Shown one piece after another: positions 12,645-25,000 of a DNA stretch of 64,000 bases (positions are counted from its first letter, which is position 1; each line of letters opens with the position of its first letter). The position numbers and the translations under genes are program-made. The stretch comes from Utricularia gibba (Eukaryota > Plantae > Magnoliophyta). The stretch is from positions 1,426,001-1,490,000 of the forward strand of contig NEEC01000002.1 in the NCBI GenBank assembly GCA_002189035.1, read 5' to 3'. The notes below the pieces were generated by a model. The model was not told the origin of the DNA. It saw only the letters and a program-made list of their open reading frames with translations, and made no database searches.

Positions 12645-14764
12645 TTATGTCTCTTGTCGTCTCAGGGTCAATGGAATGTCTTCCTCGCTGCTCTCGGCTT
12701 GCTTCATGGCCCTTATAACGAAGGAAATTGATCCTGAAGCAGAAAGTTCAGTCATCTCTATCACAGATGAAACTTGCGAGCCATATAAAAAATGCCAGAA
12801 AGAGAATGAGCATACCATCAGCCATGTCTTTTGTCTTGTGAAGAAGGAAGGTGCCTGAGAGAATTGTTACAAACCCGCACATTTCTGTAACAATCTGGGT
12901 CGGATTCTGCCGGTCCCAATCCTGATCATATCAGCAGAACACATTCAGAGAATGTTCCAAATGGTTTGTTAAGCAAACAGGAGAGTGAAAGTGTTTAAAA
13001 AATGCCTAGACAGGAAGCCATAGCCATTGTGGGTGAGTAATATGTGCACCCATCCATTTCCCCAGCAGAGGAACTTTTAATTGGCCACAACACTATGTCA
13101 AAAAAATACCAATAGTGAGATAAGAAGGTCCTTGATAGATTACCTTGAACATGATCACGCTGGCTATGATGGTCAAGGATGTGAACATCACATAGTAAAT
13201 TGGCGACACTAGGGCTGTGTTGAATGTGTCAAGGGCCTGCATATAACATACCACGGATGTGAGAAATACAGGGAGCTTACTCGCAAGATTTCGGTATTGG
13301 GCTACTGGAGATCACATAGCTAAACAACCCACTATAGGGAGCAGTTTGGTGGCACAGACCACCTTCGAACTACGCAAAACTAAATATGAGATCATGACGC
13401 CAACCATTGTTCACCTTATTCAGGTAATTCATCTGCGTGAGGACACAAACCAGGACAACCAGTGCAAAGACCCATGTCTGGGGATAGAACAGCTGGTTCG
13501 TCCCATTGAATGTCAGCTTCAGTGCTATTCCAAGTGCTTTGACACTCATCACCTATTTCATTCCAGCATCAGAATAGGCGGGTGATTTCATGATTTTGAT
13601 ATTCATACGAATACAAATGAGGCATACCGAGAGCGAGCCAACAAGAGAGCAGACACCAATATAGAACCATATGTGGGTGTGACCATACTGCGGTACGTAA
13701 TGAAATATCAAGACAACAACAACAGCAATCACCAGAGTCGCATATATAACAAAACCTGCCGCAGACGTGGGAGCCTGTTAGTTCACAAATGGCACACGGA
13801 AACAATTAACCTTAAACACACATGGCAAACACAATTCAGTATACCTGGTTCTGTGGCAAGGTCCCAAACTTCTTTCACGGATTGGATCTCACGTTCTTGA
13901 GGAGCATGTAGAACGACAGTCGTCGATCCCACAACACACAAAGCACAACCAAGAACACCAAATATGTGCAGCTTTTCCCTTAAAATCACATGCGCAAGTG
14001 CAGCACTGCAATACATAGAAAAGGTAAGCTTGTACTGTTGTTTATCGTTTTAAGGTATGGGAAGAAGCCCAAAATCATGCCTGATAATAATACTAAGTGC
14101 GCCAAGTGGGGTGACCAGAATGGCAGGTGCAAATGCATATGCTGCAAAATTTGCAATTTCTCCAACAATCACTGCAAGAAACAACAAGAAAATAGCAATA
14201 CTTAATTCCATCTTACAGAAGTATGGATACTTTGTACCCCCATGGAGAAGGACGTAATTCAACTTACTTGTGATCATTCCTGTCCACCACAGTGGCTCAT
14301 ATAAATACGAATACCCTCCACTCCCTGTGTGATATACGATATCAGAAAGATCAGCTCATCAATTTCTCGGAGGGGAAAAAATAAGAGAGTGATTAAAACA
14401 AAAAAAATAATTAAGCTTGGAAAATCATGCCACCAACTGATAACAAACATAAATCAAAAAAATTCAATCAAATCCAATCAAAGGTTGTTCCTTGTGCATT
14501 TTCCATTCAATCGAAGGCAAGATTTGATTTCCAATGGCCCTATGGAAAAATAAAATAAAATAACTGGTAGTAAAACAGGTTCAGGTTACCAGCCCTGACG
14601 CCCGAAGCGCCTGCTTTCTTTAACCCCTTTTTCTTGATAATGAAGCTAGCGCCAATGAAGAAACTAGAAGACAAAGCTAAAACCAATCCTTTAGTATTAT
14701 CCGACGACATCCCTGTATAGGACACAGCAGCTGCTGCCTTAGCCGCCGCCGCCTCTGTCACCAT
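12645..14764 (-). CDS. NIPA-family magnesium transporter
   Basis: [97 protein letters not shown]; ends ..[10 protein letters not shown]. Confidence 0.93.
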
Positions 14765-15445
14765 CCTCACAACCCACGACGTGAAATAAAAGTAAACCAG
14801 ATCCCAACTATACCAAAAGCATCCTCCAGGACTTCAGCAACCAAAAATTCTGCAACTCGGACAAATTGAGTGGAACCCCAGATACCCCAAATCCCGTCCT
14901 AAAATCACCGTACACCCCCAACTCAAGTGGAATCCTAGTTAGGTAAATCATAAGAGACTGCTAAACCCCAGTCCGATTCGAGTGCCGAGCATCGCTGAAT
15001 GATAGGGCAATGCAGAGAAAACAGGGCTCCCGCCACGAAATCGAACAAGTTTTCAGATCGAAGGTACAAAAAGATAACCATACACTCCACTCGCTTCTTC
15101 TTTCTGCGTGCTTTTTTTCTCCATCACGCCACTGCGTTTTTTTATTAAAATAACTGCTAAGAAATGGTATGATTTTTAAATAATTTAAAAATAAAGCTAA
15201 AATTAACAATTAGCTCGTCTGCTACCGGCGGCATTCACGGTCACGGGGGCATCACCGCCGGCAGCGCTACCATCGGGGATCCCTCACCCACCCACCCACG
15301 CACATGACATGGGGTGATGTCTTGTTATCAAAGGTGGATTGAAATTCCATGTGCGCCAGCTGATCGCCCACAGTACCAAGATGGCTAGTGGGTGGTAAAT
15401 ACCGCATTATTTAAGGAAGGAGGCGTGCTCGCACTCTTCAACACG

Positions 15446-15846
15446 ATGGAGAAGAGTACTAAGATTTTGACGGCGGTGGTCACCATCTTCTTCGTTTATT
15501 GCGCCGTCGCCGACGTCGCTCTTGCCGTTCCTTACGACTGCATCGATTCCTGCGAAACGGGCTGTGTAACCATCGATCCCAACCGTAACGCCTAATTCAC
15601 CTTCTCTTTATTGTTTTCGTACCTCGGTTTTCCCTTGATGGGTTGCATTCAGTTTCATCTCTAATTGTTATTTTCAATTGTGAAGCTCGAATCCTTGCAC
15701 GGTGCAACGGCAAGTGTCGCATCAGGTGTGCTCCACTCAAAGGTGAGTAACACTTAGTAAAACATAGCGTGGAATCGATTTGCCGTTAGAAATTGAGTTG
15801 CTTTGATGAGTTTGCAGGGTTTGAAAGTTCTGAACCTCACGAGTGA
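15446..15846 (+). CDS. Small secreted six-cysteine peptide (thionin/TAP1-like spacing), 3 exons
   Basis: Exons 15446-15584, 15686-15742, 15818-15846 give MEKSTKILTAVVTIFFVYCAVADVALA-VPYDCIDSCETGCVTIDPNPRILARCNGKCRIRCAPLKGFESSEPHE*: signal peptide plus C-x3-C-x3-C-x12-C-x3-C-x3-C. Confidence 0.75.
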
Positions 15847-16216
15847 AGTAATACTGCACAAGCTTAAGGATGCAGTAAACTAAAAGCTGAAGTTATGCAT
15901 TTGTTTCTGCTGCCTGAAGCTCTGCAGTCATGAGACTGCAAGCAATTCAATGTCTGTCATTCTACTAGTTGATTGAATCAGTCAAGCTGTAAGCTTGAGA
16001 TTCTCTTCAATTGTTCTGTTGGTTGAAGTAACAAGTGAATATTTACAGTAGTATCCTTACCTGCCTGAGGCTGTTCTGCCCATATAGAGGGTTGGTTTGT
16101 TTGCTTGTTCTTCCGTTATCCGTGGAAAATCACTCGATGTAACCACATGCTTCTGTAGAACTCATTAATGGATTCCAAATTCCAGCTGCTATAGTGTCCG
16201 TGTGCTTGCCACTGAA

Positions 16217-19058
16217 TCATCCGCCTCTATCCAACCAAGATGGCTTGTTATCAGTGTGGACTTTGCTTTGAGCTTTCCTTACAGCTATCTGAATCATTCT
16301 CTCATGCTCCTTAAGCATATCCTCTATGCTCCTCCCTCGAGGCAACAATGGTCCTGAGTAGTGCATTCTTGTCTTCTTCATAGCAAATGCCTGCGATGCA
16401 TCGCAATAAGAAGTGAAATGGCTTGTTTACAGAATCACAAGTACATAAAATATGTGCAGAATCTTACATTATGCTTGCGAGATGTCAGCTTATTGTCCTG
16501 GTAACCAGATTCATGTCCTTGAAGCAAATGGTGAGAGGATTCTGAACCATTCATCTCATCATATCTAGTAGCATGACCCTTTCTGAGATACCGTGGATGG
16601 ATAATAGTCTCCATGCCAAAATCGAGCTTAGAGCCATGCCCAGGTACCACGGATTTCGACAAGTGGGATGGCCTTGCATCTGATACCTGCTGTTTAAGTG
16701 ATTTCTTGATCATCATGTCCCTAGAGCTAAACGAACCGCCATTGTCTGCAGCAGTATATGCATCCATGAGCAGGGAGCGACTGGTTTCTGAGGATCCTCG
16801 AGAAGATTTGACTGGAAAATCAGAGCCATCTTGAGGACCCCGTAATGCATTCTTATTCGTGCCATTTGGATGCCATTTCGGTTCCTAGTTGCAGCAAACT
16901 TTTGAGTAGAATGAAGGCTTGAGCTAGAAGGCACAAGGTTGGTAATCGAAACATACCTTAACTGAGGATTGAAGCTGGGAATCAGCATGTGGTGCTGTGG
17001 CAAGTTCTGTTTCATAGTGATGATTTCCTGAAGATCCACCTTCTGCCCCCCCTCCAGTCGCTGCCCTCGTTCTACAATCATGCAGTCATTTTGACAGCAC
17101 AAGTAACACATATCAACAGGTGCATTGGACATATCAAGCGACACTCAAACAAGTTCTGGAGACGAGGAGTTTACCTTCTTGCCTGTGCATCCCATGCTTT
17201 GATATCCTGTTCTTTGCTTGGAGGGTACCTTGGAAAAGATGACGGTTCACAGGGAGAGGACTGGTCGTGAAGAACTGATACACAACAGCCACCAAATAGG
17301 TATAAAGAGTGTGTGCTCCATTTCAAAGCATCAACACCCTTCTAGAGAAGAGCAGGCATACCTCACTCTGAAGAGCAGAGGTCGCCGTACCTCTACGCTC
17401 TGGTTCGAAAGCGAGGAGCGACCGGAGAAGCGACATTGCCGGCAGAGGAAAATCCTTGAATGCCTCATCCATGCATCCCTTGTAAGGATGATGAGGCTTG
17501 AAAATTGTTTTGTTTGGTAACTTTGAGTTCTTCCAATACTCTTCTGATGGTGAACCGCACAGTTTGAAGATCTTATGCAACTGTTCAACCTGTAACAAAG
17601 GTGCTTTTTTTGTGTTAGTTCATATCTGTAAGCTACTGAACTCCCTCCATGCACAATACCTCTGTCCTCCCAGGCATAATCGGCCTCCCTGCATAGTGTT
17701 CTGCAATAATACATCCAGTGCTCCACAGATCCACGCTCACTCCATAACCTGTATCACCGAGCAAAAGCTCCGGCGGACGATACCATAGCGTGACAACCCG
17801 GCTCGTCAAAGGCTGCATCTGCATCTTGGTTGCTCGAAAAAATGTTGCTAAACCAAAGTCTCCAACTTTAAGGTTTCCATTGTCATCAACAAGGAGATTG
17901 GCTCCTTTGATGTCTCTGTGAAGCACTCCACGGCAATGGCAGTGCTCCAGCCCAAGAAGCAATTGTCGAATCAAGCATTTAATCTAATTGTCAAGAGAGC
18001 ACTCAATATAAACAAACAGGGTAACTTCTGAAACTCAATAAGCACAACATGAAGCAAGAAGAAACAAGTGGAACAGAGTTCAGTAAATAGCAAAGAGTTG
18101 ATGTGAGACATACCTGAGATTGGGTGAAGCTGACCTTGGGTGAAGCCATGAGACCAGCTAGATCATGTTCCATGTAAGGAAAAACAAGGTATAAGCTTGC
18201 TGAAAACTTGGGGGCAATAAGACCTTCAAGCTTGATGACATTTGGATGATCAAGACGGCGTAAAATGAGAATTTCACGAGACATGAAACGAACACTTTCT
18301 GGATCCATGTTGATGAACCGCACTTTTTTAAGTGCAACAAGTTTTCCTGACTCAAGGTCTCGAGCTCTGTACACGCTGCTGTATGTTCCTTGCCCAATCT
18401 GGCCAACAAGTTGAGAAGTGTATATAAGAAAACACTTTTTATGAAAAGGGAAACAATGCATTTTGACATCAACAGTTTCTCTACCGGATATCACTCAATG
18501 CAGTAGCAAATAAGAAATGCTAGCCATGATTTAACCTGAAGATTTATAACATACTTCCTCTTAACAGTAAACATACAATCGAACTTCAGGCCAACTGCAA
18601 GCATCAAGGTTTCAAAAGAGGAAGGTGGTTACCTTCTCCAGCTTCTCAAAAGAATCTAGCTTTCTGGGCACCCATCCCTTGATGGCCTCCCCAGCCAAAG
18701 ATGTCAGCCATGATGGCCATCCAGCAACAACTTGAGCCCCATCAACCCCATTGTGTACATTAAATTCCCGGCATATACCAGGTTTCATATGGTGATCATC
18801 CTCACCGCGTGTCACATAACCACTAGATTTAGCGTTCGCATCCTCCCAAGAAACTGGTGTAGAAGTACAGCTTCTCCCTGCAGTTCCTGTGGATATGATA
18901 ACTCCTGTTGATGGTGCATAATCAACTTCATCGTCAACATCCACACGTTCCTCTGCTTCCCTAGAAGAAGAGACCAACCGTTTTGATACTCTCTTTGATT
19001 TCTTCCTGTCTCTCACCTTGTTCTCATCATTTGCTCCCTTGGAGCAAACGCAGCCCAT
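16217..19058 (-). CDS. CDK-like Ser/Thr kinase (At1g54610/IBS1-type), with one apparent -1 frameshift at 17252-17254
   Basis: MGCVCSKG start; [18 protein letters not shown]; [20 protein letters not shown]; [10 protein letters not shown]; GDFGLA; [18 protein letters not shown]; C-terminal [26 protein letters not shown]. Confidence 0.92.
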
Positions 19059-19801
19059 GCCCAATACAACTTTCGCCCGCTTTGTTCTTTTCACAGGAAA
19101 CTTAATATTCTTAAAACATACCAAGATCTTGCTTTTCCCTAGTTCTATCAGCATCCAGCTCTCAATATCATTAGAAGGGAATCCAAAACAACAAATGCAT
19201 CCCCTCAAATAATAATTCTGAAACTTAGATACATATTTCCTTACCACTCACAGAATCAAGTGATCATCTTTAGCAAACCCAGATTGGTAAGAAATCAGAG
19301 AAAAAAAACCCAGATAAGAATATACAAATCGAAGCCATTCCCTGCGTTAGGGATTCTGAATAGAGAAGGGAAATTGCAAAAGCAGAAAATTTGTGTGAAC
19401 CATGAATAGCAACAATCTACAGCCATAATCTCATGTCAATCTTGAGAATCAATTACAGTCAGTAGGTGATTTTTTTTAAAAAAGCTCCGTCACGTTCGAT
19501 TGGATTGTGCATTCAGAAAAGGAAGGGAAGAGAGAAGAATCCGGATTTTAAATCTGCAGAAATGCCGATGAAGGTGAATGACCGTTGGAAGGAGGACGTT
19601 GAAATTAGAATAATGAGGAAAAATATATATATTTTCGAGGGTTTTGGGCCTGGGTTCGCTCTCCGCGACAGCCCAAATACCCGAATGTTAAATGGGCTCA
19701 GACCCATTCACGGAATTAATGGTAATTTTCCGAAAAAAGAAAAAGAAAAAGTTTTCTCTTCTGTGGCAATGAGCTTCAAATCAATTCATCTCCCCGATTC
19801 A

Positions 19802-20097
19802 TCAACCCCCGCGCTTCCGATCACCTTGGGAGTCCTCACCTTCCGCCGCACCGGCGCAGGCGCTCGTGGCCGAATTTCTTAGCTCCGGCGCGTCATCCCG
19901 GCAGCCAACGCACGGCCCACATTTCGCTTCTAACCAGCTCTCAACGTCGAATCCCCCGCGCCCCATGATTCGGCGGCCCGTACAAATCCTGCCAACCGCC
20001 ACAGCCAAAGCACTGAGTAGAGCGACGACGGCGAGAACACCGATGAGAGGGCCTACCGATCCTCGGGGACGGACGGCGGAGCAAGCACCTGGTCCAT
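19802..20097 (-). CDS. Small single-pass membrane protein (GSVGP..LAV..GR.C.GRR.MG..FD.E.W...KC type), frameshifted at a C4 run
   Basis: ATG 20097 reads MDQVLAPPSVPEDR*. Adding one C at 20065-20068 gives MDQVLAPPSVPRGSVGPLIGVLAVVALLSALAVAVGRICTGRRIMGRGGFDVESWLEAKCGPCVG.., a motif recalled from an uncharacterised plant family. Confidence 0.65.
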
Positions 20098-20477
20098 CTT
20101 TGCGGTGACGGCGGAGAAAGAAATCAGTGAAAAGGGATTTGAGAAAAGATCTGAGAATTGATGTCGTACGTGAGCATTTATTTTACTGCTGTAGCTGGCC
20201 CCCGGTAAGAATAAAATGGGTAACCTGTAATAAATACTAAAGAAATAAAATAAAAATAAAAATTATTACATATATCTTTATCATAAAATACTTTATTAGT
20301 ATTTAAGAAACAAAAATATCTAATTGGTAACATTTATCACATGCAATTCTTTAAATTATTTTTCTTTTTCTCGTCAATTATTAACATTTTTAGAATTAAT
20401 TATAATTTATTGGATATATTATTATAAAATATAAGGCGTTTATTTCGATGACTTTTCAAGTGTAGGGGCATGACAAT

Positions 20478-20692
20478 CACGTGGGCAGGAACGCCACGTG
20501 GCTTCGCTTTTTCTCCCGGTGGATGAAGATGAACGGCTGAGATAGTCCAGGACTTTTCAAATATCTTTCACGTAGCTGTCTGTAGGCTCGGGCCGAACCA
20601 AACCGTGGGCGCCACGCCGAACCAACAGGTTACCGACGCGGAATCTATCTCCCAATTATTTGTCATCGTTATCGGTTAAATCTATCTATAAA
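20478..20692 (+). promoter_or_regulatory. G-box/ABRE pair and TATA box
   Basis: CACGTG 20478, palindromic GCCACGTGGC 20493-20502, CACGTA 20569, TATAAA 20687, upstream of ATG 20739. Confidence 0.55.
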
Positions 20693-20738
20693 GTCCGGCC
20701 ACAACGGCTGGAGAGTGAAGAGGTGATCGGAATCGTTG

Positions 20739-20969
20739 ATGGCGAGTAACGTAGTGCAGGTTTGCAGAGGCGAGTTCGCGAAGCTGAGGTCCAGGATCCG
20801 GACCTCGAATCCGTTGTCATCCAGGAACGGGGACGTCGCGGAGAGAAGAGAGTTATCGCGGAGTTCGTCCTCGTCGGACGGCGCCGTGTCGGAGATGGAG
20901 GCGAAGGAGGATTCGATGGTATCTGAGTTGACCGTTTTTCTGTTGATGGATCGTTTCTGCCCCAGCTGA
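20739..20969 (+). CDS. Small uncharacterised protein (76 aa)
   Basis: Single-exon ORF about 47 nt after a TATA box. It ends VSELTVFLLMDRFCPS*, resembling a recalled SExTVxLLMDRFxP C-terminal motif of small plant proteins (unverified). Confidence 0.5.
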   Translation: MASNVVQVCRGEFAKLRSRIRTSNPLSSRNGDVAERRELSRSSSSSDGAVSEMEAKEDSMVSELTVFLLMDRFCPS

Positions 20970-21489
20970 GCAGGAACCGGAACCAGATCCAGATCCGATC
21001 CGGTTCGTTGTCGCCTGTTTTGCTTATGGCTGTTTGTGTATATATTCCTGAATTTTTACCTATAGAAAACCTGACGCCGAAGTGGGTTTCGTCTCGTCTA
21101 TGTATGTATCCGACACGTATCCGCCATTTTTCGGCTTTCATCTGCTGTATTTCTGAAATCGGGAGTAACAGAAATTTGGTTTCCTCAAGCTTTCTGTCTG
21201 TCACCCAGTGGGTGTCGCCGTGTCTTAGCCGGCCGCGTCGACGTTGCCAAAAGGGTCAACGTCATTGTGAAAATGAACTAAAAATATCTTAATCGTATAA
21301 AAATAACGGAATTAGGCCAACGTTTTGGGAAATTAAAAACTGAAATATGGGCTAATTTGAGGGGTCAAAATGAAATTACAAGGGACCTGTCTATCTTCTC
21401 CTTCAAGAAATAGGATTTCAATTTGAGGGAACGCGAGGCGACAAGTTCTTGGTGTCTGCCCTGGGAATCAGAGAGTAGTAGTAGCAGGA

Positions 21490-22888
21490 ATGGAATTCCA
21501 TCTCGAGGAGGGGAAACAGTTGAACCCTAATTGCTCCACTTTGATTTTGGTTAGTTTCTGTGTGTCGGCGTATGACTTCATGCTCAGCTACAGATTCATG
21601 TTGTTCGCGGCTATTGTACTTTTTTCCCCTGAAATTTTCAGCCGGCTTTGTCGATCGGAAATGTGGGACAGCTAGCCGTGGATCTTTTGATTTCGTCGCT
21701 TAAAGCAGAAAAAATAGGCTATCTTGACGATCCCAATGTGCTTCCGTGTGTAGGCAATGACGCCTTTTCGCCGTTGCCCGCCGGAAAGATAACCCTCCCG
21801 CTCGAAGGTCTGCCGATAATTCGTTAATTTTATGCTTCTTTCCTGTAAGGTTTCTTGAGTTTGGGAAGTTGATCCGATTTGGCAGTATACGAATCTTCCA
21901 CGCATTCACTGCTGCTAGTGCAACAGCGGTCTCCAGTTGTTAAGGTGGATGTGAAGCTACTTCATCTCTGCATTTTCACATCGATTCTACGTATACAGTT
22001 CCAACGGACACATGATTCTTCCCGCTTCCATTCTTATGACTGAAACAGGGGACGATGATTGGATACGCAAGAAACATAGCAAGCTTTGCTGCTGCTAATG
22101 GAGTGAAGCATGCTGTCATACTCTCCAGCTTGGATTTCACGAGATGGAAAGCTGTTGATCTTTCAAGGTACACGTTCTATTGAGAAAACAGATGCTGCAT
22201 TTGAGTCATGGTTTCTTACTGGTTTTTGTGAATGCCAGTGGTTTGCCGGTACATTACTTGTCTAGCTCCGCCGTGGACGGAGGTGATGCCAAATGTGATG
22301 CCCTTGGATGGAGCAAACTTCCGGATTACCATCCTGAACAAAGGATGTGGAAGTATCTGGATGAAGTAGCAGAAGAAGGAGCTGCTCTCGATGAAGACTT
22401 TGCATTAGAAGAGCTGGGGGATGAAGATTACTACCCAAGCTCGCCATTTGCTGCGCTGTTTTCATGTTTTAAGGTACCTTCATATTTCAGTTGCATATGC
22501 TCCACTCCCATAGATCCATCAAATTACCATCTAATCACCAAAAGTGCTCCCATTCCTCTCTTGAGCAGGCAAAAGGCTTGAAAGCCACTTGCTTAATGTG
22601 CTACTGCTCTGAGGGAGACAATGTGCCTGTGGCATTTCATATGGCCGAGGCTACCTCCATCTTTCTGGGATTAAACCGGGATGAGTCTCCGGGTGAGAAC
22701 ACTTCTTCATACCATTTACATTGTGCACAGAACAATGGGAAAGCTTTTGATGCGCTGAATCCAGCGTACGCTTGCCCTCTTGCAGCATTATACCCATTCT
22801 AACATGTAATGTTTCAGGGAGCAAGTGGATTACGCCCTTCTCATGGCAGAGTGTTTATGGACCTCCGGCAGATACAACACTTTTCTAG
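21490..22888 (+). CDS. PAC2: Proteasome assembly chaperone 2
   Basis: MEFHLEEGKQLNPNCSTLILPALSIGNVGQLAVDLLISS..IGYLDDPNVLPCVGNDAF, QQRSPVVKG, CLMCYCSEGDNVPVAFHMAEA, WITPFSWQSVYGPPADTTLF*. Spliced frame continuous. Confidence 0.92.
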
Positions 22889-23526
22889 GAGGTCAGCGTT
22901 TTGATTTCTATCAAGCAGCGCATCCTGCTTTCTTTGTTTCCCTGAGCAGGGACATGCTAAAAAATGTTTCTTAGCAGCCAAAAAGACGTAGATGGTCATG
23001 ATGCCATCAAAATCCAACATATGCACATAAAAAAAGGAACCAAAAAATCATTTTTAGGCATTTCATAGAAAGAGGAAACATTCAGGATTAACTTCTTATA
23101 TGGGCAAAGTAAAACTTTGCTAGTCCTTTTCTCCTGGGGGCGCGTCAGATGATCATCCAATTGAAGGGAAATTAAAGAAAGATGCAACATTTCTCTCTAC
23201 TTTAAAGATATATGCCTTTTTGAAAGTTTCCGTAGCTTTGATCCTTTAAGAATGCAACCAAGGAACTGTTGGCGGAGGATTTCATACAGAAACAGGTGCA
23301 GGGTTCTGCAGTAAAGTACTATTTCCCCTCAAAAAGAGTATGAAGAAGAGGCATGTAGAGTACTACTCAAAGAACCAGCACACACCGACCCAATTACGCG
23401 AAATGTGATAAGAGCAACAGATATTCACACCGAGTTGAAGCTTGCAGGCATGCGATCAGTTTACAGTAGGGAAAGAAAGGGAGGCAGAGAAATAATTACC
23501 CCGTCTCTGCAAGGTTTCTTCAGGCA

Positions 23527-25000
23527 TCAGCATTCACACCCCGTGGACCTATGCTGAATGCGGTTTGTGACGTCAATCGTTTCCGGCATGTACCTGGTAC
23601 GGGGGACACTTCAGCAGTATGATCAAACAGAATGTGATGGATTTGCAATTTGAAATGTGGTTCACTCACACTTCTTCTTCGTCCTCGGTTTTCAGGGCAT
23701 TCTTTGCAACGATCAGAAAGGCCTCTTCGACGTTGGTGCCTTCCTTGGCTGATGTCTCGAAGTAGGGAATGTTCCCTTTTGAGGCACACCAAGCCCGGGC
23801 CTTTTTCTCAGAAACCTTTAAAAAAATATAAACGATGACGAATCAGGGAAGGATGAACAGCGTACAATATCAAGTGACAGAGAGTAAGCGTACCACTCTG
23901 CTGGTTCCACCATCTACATCAATCTTGTTGCCGATCACAACAAAGGGAAAATTTTCAGGATCAGAAGGCGCGGCCTGCAATGGAATTGAAGTTGTATGTG
24001 TAAACTTCTCAATCATCATTGTGGGCTACTAAGCATAATTTTTGGTCGCTACAAGAGAAAGGAACCATAAAACTACTATTTACTGTAAAGCGATGTACCC
24101 AACCAGCGGTATCTTCAGATTTAATGATTTGAAAAGAAACAACAGCAGCTCCACAGCTACAGTAGAGATTTCAGATGACATGAAAGAATTAGGGAAGGAT
24201 ACCTGGATCAAGAACTCCTCTCTCCAGTTATTAAGATTCTCAAAAGATTTCATCACATTGACATCATAGACAAGCACACAGCAATCAGCACCACGGTAGA
24301 ATGCAACCCCGAGGCTCTGAAACCTTTCCTGTCCAGCAGTATCCCATATCTGTATAAGCAAAGCAAACATGAGAAGGGGAATCAAAAGCCGTCTCCAGGC
24401 CCAACAGAAATCAATCATATAACCAAAAACAGGAACTAAAACAAGCAAGAAGTTTTTAGCCAAAAACCCGGTAAAGAGAAAGGAATTGTTTCTTTTAACC
24501 TCAAAAAACATCTATCCCGAATTGTAATTTATAGGCTGTATAGTAGAAAAGCTGATGAGCATAGACCAAATTCAGAAACAAACATACCTGCAAAGTGAAA
24601 AGCCGGTCCTCAAACTGAACTTCTTTAGTCAGGAAGTCCGCACCAATTGTCGCCTTATACTGATTGCTGAACTTCTTATTTACATATCTTTTATCAATTT
24701 GTCAAAGAAACCCAGTCAAATAATTCAAAACAAACCAATGTGAAAAAACAGTAAATAGAAGGATACTGATTCATCAATGACGTCTTCCCCACCCTGAAAC
24801 AACAAGGTCAAGCACACAATCAAACCCAAATGCAAAATCATCTTATTTTGACTTCAATTCAACTTTAACTTTTCAATAGTTCGATTATGCTGAAAAAAAA
24901 AGTCGAAAAACAAAGATCAATCCAACACCAAATGCTTGCAAACTTACCCGCTGTTGCCAAGGATGATGACCTTGAGGAGAGCTCTTCTGCGCGGCGGCAT
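23527..25000 (-). CDS. RABG3: Rab7/RabG3 small GTPase
   Basis: [84 protein letters not shown]-terminal GCEC* prenylation motif. Confidence 0.96.
24688..24766 (-). other. U12-type (minor spliceosome) GT-AG intron in Rab7
   Basis: Donor GTATCCTT, branch-like TTCTTTGAC 13 nt before the AG, no polypyrimidine tract; joins ..MNQ/YVNK. Confidence 0.65.

Noticed and set aside
15226-15262. GC-rich inverted repeat CCGGCGG..CCGCCGG as a Helitron 3' hairpin
   Set aside because: No CTRR terminus follows, and the stem is only 7 bp.
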